Assembly: GCF_001194135.2 (NCBI RefSeq)
Contig: NC_068986.1
Span: 56,625,197-56,689,196, forward strand
Origin: Octopus bimaculoides
Lineage: Eukaryota
Length of the DNA stretch: 64,000 nt
Direction of reading: 5' to 3'
Shown here one piece after another: positions 1 through 11,590 of the stretch. The position numbers and the translations under genes were made by a program. The notes beneath the pieces are model-generated. The model was not told where the DNA came from and did not search any database. It worked only from the letters and a program-made list of their open reading frames with translations. How positions within the stretch are numbered: position 1 is the stretch's first letter; each line of letters opens with the position of its first letter.

Positions 1-71
1 AGGCAGTACGCCTCGTTGAAATGGTTCTTCCCACGAACACAAATTAAATTATTTTCATATATATATATATA

Positions 72-282
72 CAGGGTCATCTAAATTACGCAAAAATAAA
101 AATAACACTGACATCTCATTTTAACAGACATATTTACCAAAATTAGTTAAAAATATCTTCAAACGCTAAAGAATACATTTGTTTAATTAAAACTCCATTG
201 GCTTCATTCACGGCCTCCAGACGACTTCGGAATCTCCTGCAAATCTTGTGGAAGGTCTCCTTGTTTACTTTGGTGAATGCTG
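72..282 (-). mobile_element. Truncated 3' fragment of a Tc1/mariner (maT-like) element, same family as the copy at 1122-2398
   Basis: Starts TA-CAGGGT after (TA)n. 72-282 parallels 1150-1350. The minus strand translates AFTKVNKETFHKICRRFRSRLEAVNEANG, matching the C-terminus of the downstream transposase. Confidence 0.8.
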
Positions 283-1121
283 GTGTTGTGAACATTACCG
301 ACCGTACATACTCAATGAGTGTGTTTTGTTTGTTCGCCTGTTCGCTGGGTACAGCGTCTAGGAAATGACTCGTTATACTGGATGTTGAAATACCTGAAAG
401 TCATAGAAGCCTCTGCCACTGGACGCTATACGCAGCGAAGAGACGAACCAACAAAACAATATGTGTGGTCGACGATAGGTGAATAAGGAATTTTAATTTT
501 AATTTGCATTTTAATTTAGACCCGGGTTGGGTCTAAATTGAAATGCATACGTAGCAATTATATACGAATACAAACATTGGTACCGAAGTACTGGCAGAAA
601 GATAATCAGGTTATGTATACAATTCACTGATTCCGACTGAGTGTATCATCAACCCTTGGACTAATTCAGAAACGCACATTATATTAAATATACAGTCGCA
701 ATATACTTCGCAATACGCAAGGGGCAGGTTCCGAGAGAGGTGGATCATAAATAAATAAATAAGAAATGATGGATAGGTGTCAATTCATTACAACTGTTTC
801 CAAAGATTTTTTATAATGATATAATGTACGTATTAAAAATTCATAGGAAAAAGATGTGTGTGCATGTGTTGTGTGTGTGTGCGTGTTTGGTTTTGGCTGT
901 TTATATGTGTATGTGTGAGTGAACTTTGTGTCGCTTACAGCTGTAGGAAGAATTTAGTAGTAGGAGTGGCTGTCCTTTGTGTAGTGTGTTTCTTCACATG
1001 TGCTTAAGGGAATGGTCAGTACAAAGTGTTTGACTGACAGTTTGAAGTATGTGTGTGTGTGCGCGCACGCGCGTGCATGTATGTGTGTGTGCGTGGGGTT
1101 GTGTATACACACACACATACG

Positions 1122-2392
1122 CAGAGAGGTTGCAGTGAATAAACCGTCGTTTAAATTATGCAAAAATGAAAATACCACTGACATCTCATCTTAACAGATA
1201 TATTTACCAAAATTATATAAAAATATGAAATACTAAACAGCAAATTTATTCAATAAATCTGCCATTGGTTTCAACCATGGCTTCATGACGAATTCTGAAT
1301 CTCCTGTAAATATTGTGAAAGGTCACCTTGTTTAAGTTGGTGAATGCTGTCATAATTCTTGCCTTCAGTTCATCTTTGGTGGTACAAGGAGTTTTGTTGG
1401 CCTCTCGCTCAACTGCGCCCCACATAATAATCAAAGGAGTTAGGTGGCCAGATGTTAGGGGTGATGTGGTTGCAGAAATTGTCTAACCACCATGACTAGG
1501 TCTGCCTGCTTGTGTGGCATGGTGCAGAATCCTGTTGCCAGACATAGGATCTTCCAGCAGCCACCCTCTTGACCCAGGGCAGTACTACCTCCTCCAGAAA
1601 CTTGATGTAGGCCTTATTGTTGAATCTGAGGCCGTGTGGGAAGATGAATGGAGGCATAACGTCACCATTACTAGTGATAACTCCAAACACCATGATGTTG
1701 ACTAGATGTTTGATTTTACCACTCTCGGTACATGTTTTGGGGTCACGGCAAGCCAACGGTTGTTCTGTGTGTCCACCATCTGATCTTGGCAGAAATTTTT
1801 CTCGTCTGAGAAAAACCAATGCATGTTCGATTGGAGGGGATTCTTGAGTTTGTTCAAAAGCTTCGTAGCGCAGTATTTCTTCTTGTCTTTGATTGCTTGG
1901 AATAAAAAGTGACCCTTTCTCATCTTCTATGAGGAATACCGAATGTTTTCATGCACTACCTGCCTGATAAGGAACTCAAACACTCCCATGTCCCTAGCGA
2001 TAGACCTGATTGTCTTGGAAGGATCGATGTCAATCATAGCCGGGATCTCACCCTCCAAAAATTCAGGAGTTCTTTTCTTATCAGAGCAATGAGAGTGAGT
2101 TTTCCAAGCTCCTGTAACTTTGTAATCATCATTTCATTCATCAAAGTCTTTCCAAATCCTCTGCACTGTCCTTAAATTGACACCCAAACGCTCTGAAATG
2201 TTCGTATTGGAGCTTTCGGCGCAAATGCCAAGCAGTACAGCAAATCGTTTGCAAGTTTCTGAGTGAGTGAATTGCGTCATAGTACTATTTTCTCACAGAC
2301 GGTGGCCAGCTGACCCTACTATTGTGTAGTCGACAAAATCAAAATCAAACAATGCGAATGCGTGAAATTAAAAATATGAAATGGCGACAATC

Positions 2393-2398
<6 letters not shown>
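1122..2398 (-). mobile_element. Near full-length decayed Tc1/mariner DNA transposon, DD37D (maT) family
   Basis: Transposase remnant across 1246-2280. The right end reads TATAGGGTG on the minus strand into (TA)n. The left terminus is degenerate, so that boundary is approximate. Confidence 0.85.
1246..2280 (-). pseudogene. DD37D transposase pseudogene
   Basis: Manual translation: N-terminal HTH region (MTQFTHSE...LGVNLRTVQRIW), WFFSDEKNF (D1), WQQDSAPCH (D2), IWPPNSFDYYVWG (D3). It has in-frame stops, a frameshift near 1710 and an apparent 5-codon deletion before D3. Confidence 0.9.
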
Positions 2399-2447
<49 letters not shown>

Positions 2448-2459
2448 GTATGTTTTCCT

Positions 2460-3555
2460 AATATGTACAGTGAGTGTGCCTTTGTGCCACAGTTTATTTA
2501 AAGGGTGGGTGTTGCTTCGAGCTGAAACCTACGTGTTCTTTGTATAGGAAGAAGAGTGTCGAGATCAAGACCAGATCATGTTACACACAATGATTGATGA
2601 CAGAGTGTGTGTCAGAGTGAGCTGCATCTGCTCACACCGCAAACGTGCGATTTGAGAGGAATTTTCCGAATGAAAAGGAGAGATGGAAGTCCCCATAGGT
2701 GGACAGTTTTGTTAGGAGACGTGCGACGTAGAATTGGTCTGAAACCATTTTATAAAACTTTTTCAGGGCAAGACCATGCTGGTGTATGACTTAGAGACGA
2801 GGTCATGTAGATCTTACTGTATGAATGTCATACAGCTCATCATTAAGTCGGAAGAGAGAGTAAAGATGCTAGAGAAGATGTTTTTAATGGTTTCTTCACT
2901 TATGAGTTTATATTCAATGGCTTAATGGGTTGTTTTTTGGGTGTAATGTGACACTGTTTGACGAGGACTAGGGCTCTGAGACGTATTTTCTGAGCCACGT
3001 ATATGTGGTAGTGTGCTTGGGTGAAGTGAAGGAAGTTTTGGAGAAGATTTACGCACAGATCAGAAAGATTCAGCATAGTAGAGTTCGTTTCGATAAGGGT
3101 CCAAACGGATCGAATGAAGAAAGTAAGAGAACTTGCGGGCTGTACAACGTATACAAGTAGCCTTCGGTTCTCTGATGATGGTTTTGCAAGAATTGCGGCG
3201 ATGGGCAATAGTTATCCAGTTTGTAGGGGTTTCTTTTTTAATGCAGCTATGAATAAACCACTCGGGTGAATTGAGGCTGTGAGTTTTGGTTGAGTGTGAG
3301 ATGTGGGAGGATAATAAATCAAATCACCTGCTGGGCTGTTTTTGACTGATATGAAGTGAAAAGTTTGTGCTTTGTATAGAACTGCCCAAACTCCAACCAG
3401 TCGGCTAGCTTGAAGAACCATAGGGGTGACCCATTGCATAACATGTTGATAGACTGTGGTAGTCGCGATACGGTAGTGGTGAGGCAATTTCTTATATATA
3501 GAGAGTGTGTACCTGTTGTCACACAAACCTAGCCTGCATAAGAAGACTGCTCTCA

Positions 3556-3556
<1 letters not shown>
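2460..3556 (-). mobile_element. Highly degenerate Penelope-like element 3' part (GIY-YIG endonuclease region)
   Basis: Minus-strand peptides AVLYKAQ, SVWTLIETNST and RALVLVKQCH resemble PLE VVYKA, xVWxLK and RSELVSKCRH motifs in the expected order. Bounded by (TA)n on both sides. Confidence 0.4.
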
Positions 3557-3591
<35 letters not shown>

Positions 3592-4392
3592 TTCATTAGC
3601 ACCCACGTACAAGTACATTATAATAAGACAGAAATCATTTTATATTGTTGCTTGAAATATCTATGCCAATTTTATCTTACTATTTGTAAATATTTACTTG
3701 TTACCAAGACTTGCTATATTTTCTATTTATCTTGCCAGCATTTCCATGTCTCAATAATATGTAACAGAATTTTTTGCTTTAATCATATATGTACTATTTG
3801 TTTTTTGACACTCTTGTTCTCCGATTTAATGTTAACAGAAGAGTCTATCGACATATTTCATAATAACCTTCGTCTCGTTTTAATCAAATGGACTTGATCT
3901 GGCTAGGAAAATCTGTGCAGTCTTGTCCAGTGTATGATTTCTTTTACTGATGCCTCTTTACAAAGCAAAATTGCTTGATCTGCTCTGTCAAAAGAAGGTG
4001 GAGATGTGATGTTGAAGATGGATTCATCTGACATCTCAATCTACTCTGAACGCAAAATACCAGTAAGAACCGGTAAAATTTCAGACAAAAGTAGTTTATA
4101 GCGTTTCGTGTTTTCTCTCACGCAACACAGTCCAGCTCAAATTTGTGTCATCCTTTGATCCGTAACATATGCATCGATCAAGTATCTGTTCAGTATAAGT
4201 CGACTATAACTTTCCTTTAAAAGTTGTCGCTTTCTGGATTTGGAATTTATTTTATCAATTACGTACAGATGACAGAGGTATCGACCTCTGTAGGTTTTGA
4301 ACACGAAACGTAAAGGGAACATAACGAAATATGGTAACTCAAATTGTCTATTACTCTACTCATTCTGCAATCCTTCACATTTTCTCATAGAC

Positions 4393-4408
4393 GATGATAA
4401 TAATAATG

Positions 4409-4466
<58 letters not shown>

Positions 4467-4538
4467 TGATAATGATAATAATAATAATAATAAACAATGA
4501 TAATAACAATAATAATAAGAAAAATGATAACAATAGTA

Positions 4539-4583
<45 letters not shown>
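4393..4583. repeat. Compound trinucleotide microsatellite (AAT)n/(TAC)n
   Basis: Directly visible. Source of the poly-N/I/Y/V ORFs. Confidence 0.98.
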
Positions 4584-5614
4584 GTCGTTTTTATCTTGAG
4601 TTCATTCCTCACCACCATTTGTAGACTAGTCTTTGAGCATACTTCGAGATGAATTCGTATATATATACATATATGTACATACACTTTCAGATATACTTAT
4701 ATACATATACATGCATATATATATATATATATATAATATGAATGTATATATATATATACATATATANNNNNNNNNNNNNNNNNNNNNNNNNNNNNNNNNN
4801 NNNNNNNNNNNNNNNNNNNNNNNNNNNNNNNNNNNNNNNNNNNNNNNNNNNNNNNNNNNNNNNNNNNNNNNNNNNNNNNNNNNNNNNNNNNNNNNNNNNN
4901 NNNNNNNNNNNNNNNNNNNNNNNNNNNNNNNNNNNNNNNNNNNNNNNNNNNNNNNNNNNNNNNNNNNNNATATATATATATACATACATACATACATACA
5001 TACATACATGCAAACATATGTATATAGCATGTGAGAGAGAAGAGAGAGAGAATGATTTCCTAGATAGTCTTGGTTGCTCATGCGTCCGATTTAGCACATG
5101 TTCGTTATATCGTCACATGTGATAGAGTGGCTTTTAATGTATTTTTGCTTGGGTTGTGGCAGTGGCGGCAGAAGTGGAGGTGGTAGTAGTGCTAGTGTTA
5201 GAAGCAGTGGTAGATTTAGTGTTTGTGGTTGTAGTGATGGGAGTGATTTTAGGTTCCTGAAAAATGTCACCTTGCACATATTTACCAGCTTATTGAATCG
5301 CTAGTATTGTTGAAAATATGCTCCAAACATCCATTAAAACAAAAGCAGAACAAACCAATAAAGAAATAAATAAACAAACAATTAAGTAAAAATAATGCGA
5401 AATTTACAACACCCAAACAACCAGAAAAAAAGCAAGTAAACAAAAAAACCGCAGAAACCTAAAACAATAAACATTCACATACCATGATAATCGCGTATAC
5501 TCTTATCGTCGTCCGCTATTATCCTCATCTTCATCGTCATCGTCATCCTCACCACCACTACCACCACCACCACCACAGTTATAAACAAGTTGTTTATAGT
5601 TATGACTGCTTAAA

Positions 5615-6239
5615 TCTTTAGGCACAAGGCCGGTACACTGCGGGGACGGAGTTAGTCGATTAGATCGACTCCAGTTTTCCTTTAGTATTTTATTTCATTT
5701 TACCGACCCGGAAATGATGAAAAGCAAAGTTGATCTCAGCAGAATTTGAAGAACCGGAGCAAATGCTGCAGGACAGGATATTTTCTTTTCCGACGCTTAA
5801 ACGATTCTGCCATGCTCATAACAATGAGTTCTAATTTAGGCACAAGACCAGCAATATTAATGCGTTTAATAGATACCATTGACTACAGTATTTAATCGGT
5901 ACTCTATTTTTGTTGTCTCCAGAGATATAAAACCTTCACCTGGGCAGGATTTGAACTTGGAATGTAAAGATCTGAGAGAAATACTGCGAAGAATTTTATC
6001 CGAGCATCCTCGCCATTAATAGTGGCTTCAAATTTTGGTATGAGGCCAGCAATTTTGGGGAACTGATAAGTCGATTACATTAACCCGGCAAAGTCGAACT
6101 TGGCAGAATTTAAATTCAGAACGTAAGGACAGACAAAATGCAGCTAAGCATTACGCCTGGTGTGTTAACGATTCTGCGAGTTCGCCACTTTATCGTTGTT
6201 AGTATTAATAAAAGCCGTTTGCTGCTGCTGCTGTTACTG

Positions 6240-6287
<48 letters not shown>

Positions 6288-6450
6288 ATAATAATAATAA
6301 TAATTTAGGTCACGGCCATCAATTTTGAGAAGGGATCAGTCAAAATCGTCGACCACGGAGAGATGAAAAGGTAAAATTGAGTTTCGCAGGATTTCAACTC
6401 AGAATGTAAAGTGCCGCAAGAAATACCTCAAAATCATTTTGATCGATGCT
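5615..6450 (-). mobile_element. Cluster of four degenerate tRNA-derived SINE copies (family A; Meta/MESC-like central domain), same orientation
   Basis: Repeated reverse-complement motifs ggcacaaggcc, gtcgattacatcgac, gaaaggcaaagtcgac, tttgaactcagaacgtaa and gattctgcc at about 5615-5817, 5835-6020, 6025-6190 and 6303-6450. Confidence 0.8.
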
Positions 6451-6799
6451 TTAAAGATCTTAATCGACCTCTGCCAGATTTCAACTGAGTACATAAAAAA
6501 TGAAATTCCAAAACATAAGGAATTCAAAGTTTTTGCAGTAGTCCAGAAGAACTGACCCCGTTACAAAACTTTTTATATAAGATCTTGCCCCTTGTAAACA
6601 ATGTCGAAAACCACCATTCAGAGAAAGACAGAGAATATAGAAAAGTTATTTCAGTTTTTAATAAGATAGACAATAAAACAATATAAATAAAAAAGCAGAA
6701 AAATGCTCATATTGTTAGAATTTATTACAACTAAAAATCCCTAAAACTTACTGATAATCAGTAAACCACGAACTTTGTTTCTGTATGAAAAAATATCAT

Positions 6800-7245
6800 A
6801 CTTTGAACGCAACAAATAGCTCATCCTAAACCACAAGTGGTTTTTACGAAGGATGTGTAAAAAGAAATACAAAGCGAGTAGGAAAAGATTTTAGGGCAAC
6901 TATCGAGCATTTAGAGAGTTAGAGAGGATATTGGGAGAGAATATTGAAAGCAATAAGTGCAAAACAATCCAGGAACAACATACGATATGAACCAAATATC
7001 ACAGAATAAGAATAATTGGAAAATAACTGGAACACCAAAATGTTAGATGGACTATCCAATATGCAAGTAGGAAGTCGTATAAACAATGAAATAAAAGTAA
7101 CACTTCAAAGACTTGCTCATGGAGAAAATAACAGGTTTATCTCGAAGACTGAAGAAACATAAAATTCTCCAAAACTACAGTCTTATAAATTTCATATACA
7201 AAGCCTTAACATTAACTTTATTGCAGAGGATAAGTGCTCATGTGA
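6800..7245 (+). mobile_element. Possible very old Penelope-like RT C-terminal remnant
   Basis: IEHLES*RGYWERILKAI (from 6902) resembles the PLE ELxHLxxxFxxRGYPxxxIxxAI motif. Many stops. Confidence 0.3.
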
Positions 7246-7320
<75 letters not shown>

Positions 7321-7321
<1 letters not shown>

Positions 7322-8283
7322 GGGAGAATTCACAAAAAAAACGAGACGAAGACAGGTGGTGTAGACAACAAACAGATGTGTTAGTTTAACGTTCAGGAAG
7401 TGAAAATGTCTTTAACGTTTCGAGCCAACGCTCTTCCACAGAGCTAGGAAGAAGTGGAGAAAATAAAGTAGTGGTGATCCCAAAACGAAGATGCGCGTGC
7501 GTATGTATAAGAGAGTATGTATGTGCGTGTGGAAGAGGGCTGGTCACCTTGACGTGTGCGTGTGTCTATGTGTAGATGTGTGGATGATGGTGTGGGGCTG
7601 GGAAGTGGTCAGTGCTGGTGTGTGAGTGGTGGTGTGATGTGATGTGGTGTTGTGTGGTATGGTGGTGTATGGTGTAGTGGTGTGTGATGTGGAATGGTAG
7701 TGTAGGGATGTGGGGAAGCGAGAGTTAGGAAAGCAAGGGCGGGGTGTGGGTTAGGCTGAGAGTTGGGGTATGTGGGTTAGGNNNNNNNNNNNNNNNNNNN
7801 NNNNNNNNNNNNNNNNNNNNNNGGGTGGGGGCAGAGGTGGGGTATATGGGTGTGGGCGTAAGGGATGGGGTGGGTGTGAGAGCGGATGGATAGGGAAGTG
7901 GGTTGGATTGTGTAGGAGTCGGGTTACGAGGGAGGGGTGATGATGTAGGGAGAGAGGGAGGGAAAAGGTGGGTAGGAGTGAAGAGAAGAGAGAAGGAGAG
8001 TAGGAATGAAGAGAAGTAGGAGTCGGAGCAAAAGAGGAGAGGTGGGTGGGAGGAAGTTGGTGCGAGAGGGAGAGGGGAGAGTGTAGGAGGGTTAGATGAA
8101 GAGGAGAAGGGAGTTGAGCCCATGTGGCACAAAGGAGCGAAGAGAGAAAATTAATCCCTGTTCACGGCGAAAACGGGAGTTCGGATGGCCTCTGTGCAAG
8201 GACAATCCGAACACAGACAGGTGTTGCAAAGATTGACCGGTAGAGCGGAAATGGCGCGAGACCGTGGTGTGATTGCCGAGTCG
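7321..8283 (-). mobile_element. Penelope-like element 3' end: GIY-YIG C-terminus, pyrimidine-rich spacer and pseudo-LTR
   Basis: Minus-strand RLGNHTTVSRHFRSTGQSLQHLSVFGL...REQGLIFSLRSFVPHGLN matches the PLE endonuclease C-terminus. The terminal part recurs at 21740-21960 and, inverted, at 40910-41056, and carries a hammerhead-like motif. Confidence 0.75.
7408..7443 (-). ncRNA. Degenerate minimal type-I hammerhead-like motif in the PLE pseudo-LTR
   Basis: Minus strand CUGUGGA-A-GAGC-GUUG-GCUC-GAAACGUU-AAAGAC. Stem II and palindromic stem III (ACGU) are intact. The core deviates from CUGANGA and stem I is poor. Confidence 0.35.
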
Positions 8284-8897
8284 GATGTTTTCATCGTTCT
8301 CTATCCAATCAAGGAGAACATGTGCAACTGAAACCCGAGTGTCTTTTTGGTCAGCTGAAAGCAGTTTTCGCACAAACTTGGCACACTCGCGTCTCATACC
8401 CAAATCTTGAGTGATAATAGATTCAACTGAACCATAACTAATCCTCACATCTTCTGATAACTCACGGATGGTGATTCGACGATTTGCCTTCACAGCTGCA
8501 CGCACATCTACGATGTTCATCTCGTTTCTGCTGGTTGCGGTTCTCCCAGAACATTCGCCACTATCGACGTTTTTCGGCCATCTTGGAAACGTCTGAGCCA
8601 TTTGTACACTTGTGTGCGGCTCATACACTCCCCTCCATACACTTTCTGTAACTTTGCATAGGTCTCTGAGCAGGTATCGCCATGACAACTTTTTCTGTCA
8701 TAGTCAATGCGACGACTACACGTTACACGCCTTCCTTCCAAGCACTGATGTAAACTGCAGAATTGAGCTGGAACGTTAAAACTTATTGCACATGCACAGC
8801 AGATTTCAAGGTCAATCTATGTTAAGCAGCTTTACTCTGCGTGCCGTAGCTTCGTTACTATCGCAACAGTCCAGATACTTATTGATCAGACCACGTA
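8284..8897 (-). mobile_element. 5' half of a mariner transposon (TIR plus N-terminal HTH transposase remnant); catalytic half missing
   Basis: TIR TA-CGTGGTCTGATCAATAAGTATCTGGAC on the minus strand ending at 8897. Peptides SETYAKLQKVYGGECMSRTQVYKWLRRFQDGR and RRITIRELSEDVRISYGSVESIITQDLGMRRECAKFVRKLL are typical mariner, with one frameshift. Confidence 0.88.
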
Positions 8898-8904
8898 TAT
8901 ACAC

Positions 8905-8906
<2 letters not shown>

Positions 8907-8998
<92 letters not shown>

Positions 8999-9001
8999 AC
9001 C

Positions 9002-9060
<59 letters not shown>
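8907..9060. repeat. (ATCT)n plus (TA)n microsatellite
   Basis: Directly visible. Confidence 0.98.
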
Positions 9061-9063
<3 letters not shown>

Positions 9064-10520
9064 GGTGAGTGCACAAATAAGTTACTAGTCAAGAAAGTTG
9101 ACTAACATCTTTAGGAAGAGACAAATGATCAGAATTTACTATGGATTAATTACGAGTATGCTTTTGATGATATTTTCCACTCACGGATTATGAAAATAGT
9201 AATAGATTTGGGTAAGGTATAGTTAATAAGAATTACATAAAATATGCTATGATTAAATAGAATATAATTAATTGTGAAATTGAACAAAAAGAATTGTAAA
9301 AGCGAAGCCAATCTGTATTTGAAGATGGTCATTCTAAATAGTTCAATGTACCCGGTATGCTCGTCTTCTGTCTGACGTTAATACGTTTCATTCAACTATT
9401 ACACTGAAGATATGTGATAACAATCAACCATTTCCTCTATATAGATGACTCCAAGCTGCCTACTGCGGTTGACTAACTGACAACTTTATTACATAGAATG
9501 GATTAATTTAGTAAGAGAATTGACATGAAATTAGATTTATAAAACCACACCAAGGCCACTTTACATTAAATTAATAAAAAGAGAGATATGAGAATCAGAA
9601 CAAAGCCAAGTTTACAAACTAATGAACTAGGCATACACGTGACAATATAGTTTAGAAAGAGATATTTATGACGTGATAAATTAATACTTAACTGAGACAA
9701 ACTATTTAAATATAGTAATAAATATCAATACTCTAATTGTTATAGTTATCAGTTACAATTCTGATATTTTTTTATGGAAACTAAATGAATTTGCAGGACT
9801 AGATTAAAAGAACAACTCAAAAGTGATGATTTCATATAGGATCTGGTGCATAGTCATAAACTATTTACCACGTGTCCGAGGAAGAATCATCTGCAATTAG
9901 AAACTATAGAATCTTTACTGAACGAAACTAATATATTTAGTTGTAAAACACAAAGGCAAACAAATACATTTTTCAATTTTACGGAAACCAAGAAATATAA
10001 AACAGAGTTTGTGGTTAGCAGACAGCTATAGGTAAGATGAAGAAACAGAAATAGAAAGTATTAAAAAACTAGAAATTCAATTAAAAACAGGATTATAAAA
10101 TGTCAAGCTAATACTCGTCAAGACTTGTCAATTTAGGAGGGATAAAGGAAAGAATGTTGCACTGACTAAGCAAGCCATGGTATGAAGCTGAGTCTGAATG
10201 TTTCTGGTCATACCATAAGGCTACGACTAACTTCAGNNNNNNNNNNCCCATAATGACGTAGAATGTAAAAAATATATGCAGTAAATGTGGACATTGTGAA
10301 GAATCAACCAAGCACAGTTTTCTTTTAGCTATCAAGTATGAGCCCAAACGGAATATAAACGGTCATGACTTAGTTGGGGGTTTACTACACTAGAAATAAC
10401 GCCACGATTATGGAAAGCGCTCAGAAAGCAGATTACAGAAGAAGCAAGCAATAATAAAGTAATATAGTCTGAACTTGACGATAACGAAAACAGAAAATTA
10501 GCCATATAATATTGTCGAAG
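9061..10520 (+). mobile_element. Degenerate R4/Dong-type (RLE-bearing) non-LTR retrotransposon fragment: RT plus CCHC knuckle
   Basis: Motifs in the expected order: LWINYEYAFDDIFHSRIMK (~WIDYKKAFDSVPHSWI), INHFLYIDDSKL (~NHLLYMDDLKL), AESECF (~KAETEGF), CSKCGHCEESTKH...GHDLVGGLLH (~CRxCxxxxETxxH...RHDxVxxxIHW). Many stops and frameshifts. Confidence 0.72.
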
Positions 10521-10569
10521 ACCGTCGCGAGAAAATGTATGTACATACGTACATTAACATGTATATATA

Positions 10570-11160
10570 GATGCATATCTGGGTACAGGACGTTGCAAAA
10601 GAACGTGGACAAAATGATAAACAGAGCACAGAAAACACACAGGCCACATACAGAACATTTCCTTCATCAGCTGCCACCATTCTAAAACTAAGCGTTTCGA
10701 AGAGTTAGGACAGGGCGCATTGTTAGAATGGCTCTTCTCACGGACCACAAATTAAAATTGTAACGTGGAGGAATGTAGTGGCGGACAGAAAACAAGACAA
10801 GAAAACGAAACAGTGAAAATAAACAAGAAAGGCTATACGGTCAGACGTGAAAAAAATATATATGTATACTGAACGCTGTGATGAGACGAACTGGAAGGAA
10901 GAGAGAAGAAAGTTCGTGCGAGCTTGGTGATAGCCAAGATAGGAAAGGAAGAAGTAGCCGGACACGTGACCAGTGAGGGGTAAGGAGAAAGAGTGGTGGA
11001 GGGAGAAAAAGGGGAAGAAGTAGAATATAGGTGAGCAATGAGAGACAGGATGGAAGAGAGATATAGCAGTGAAGGGGAGAGGCGAAACACAACAGAAGGA
11101 AGAACGAGAGGGGAAGAAAGATACAAAGATAGAATCGCGTCAGAAATATAAAGTTAAAAC
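10570..11160 (-). mobile_element. Putative PLE pseudo-LTR-like repeat with purine-rich tract
   Basis: Same layout as 7321-8100 (cgtttcgaagag motif next to an A/G-rich spacer). No coding match. Confidence 0.3.
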
Positions 11161-11245
11161 TTACTTGCAAAGATGACGCGTACGTTCGATCATGTAATAA
11201 TACAAATAATATGTGAGTATATGCATATATACGTACATGTATGTG

Positions 11246-11297
<52 letters not shown>

Positions 11298-11354
11298 NNN
11301 NNNNNNNCGAGCGTAAAAGCCGTTAGGGAAAATGAATAATTATATATAATCTTG

Positions 11355-11590
11355 CGTACCAACCACATGGTTCTGGGTTCAGTCTCACTGCGTGGCACCT
11401 TTGGCAAGTGTCTTCTACTATACCCGATGTTGGTGTGTTGCCCTTCCCGTAAATTAGCAGTTCGACAAAAGGGCCCGATAGAATAAGTACTAGGCTTACA
11501 AAGAATAAGTCCTGGGGAGGATTTGCTCGACTAAAGCGGGTGCCTCAGCATGGCTGCAGTCAAATGACTGAAACAAGTAAAAGAATAAAA
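11355..11590 (+). mobile_element. tRNA-derived SINE family B copy with internal deletion
   Basis: ccacatggttctgggttcagtctcactgcgtggcacctttggcaagtgtcttctacta head part joined to the gatagaataagtactaggc...aaatgactgaaacaagtaaaagaata tail. Confidence 0.85.

Noticed and set aside
4297-5122. Poly-N/I/Y/V and YI/CV/HT-repeat ORFs (here and throughout the ORF track)
   Set aside because: They are translations of tri- and dinucleotide microsatellites or N gaps, with no complex coding signal.
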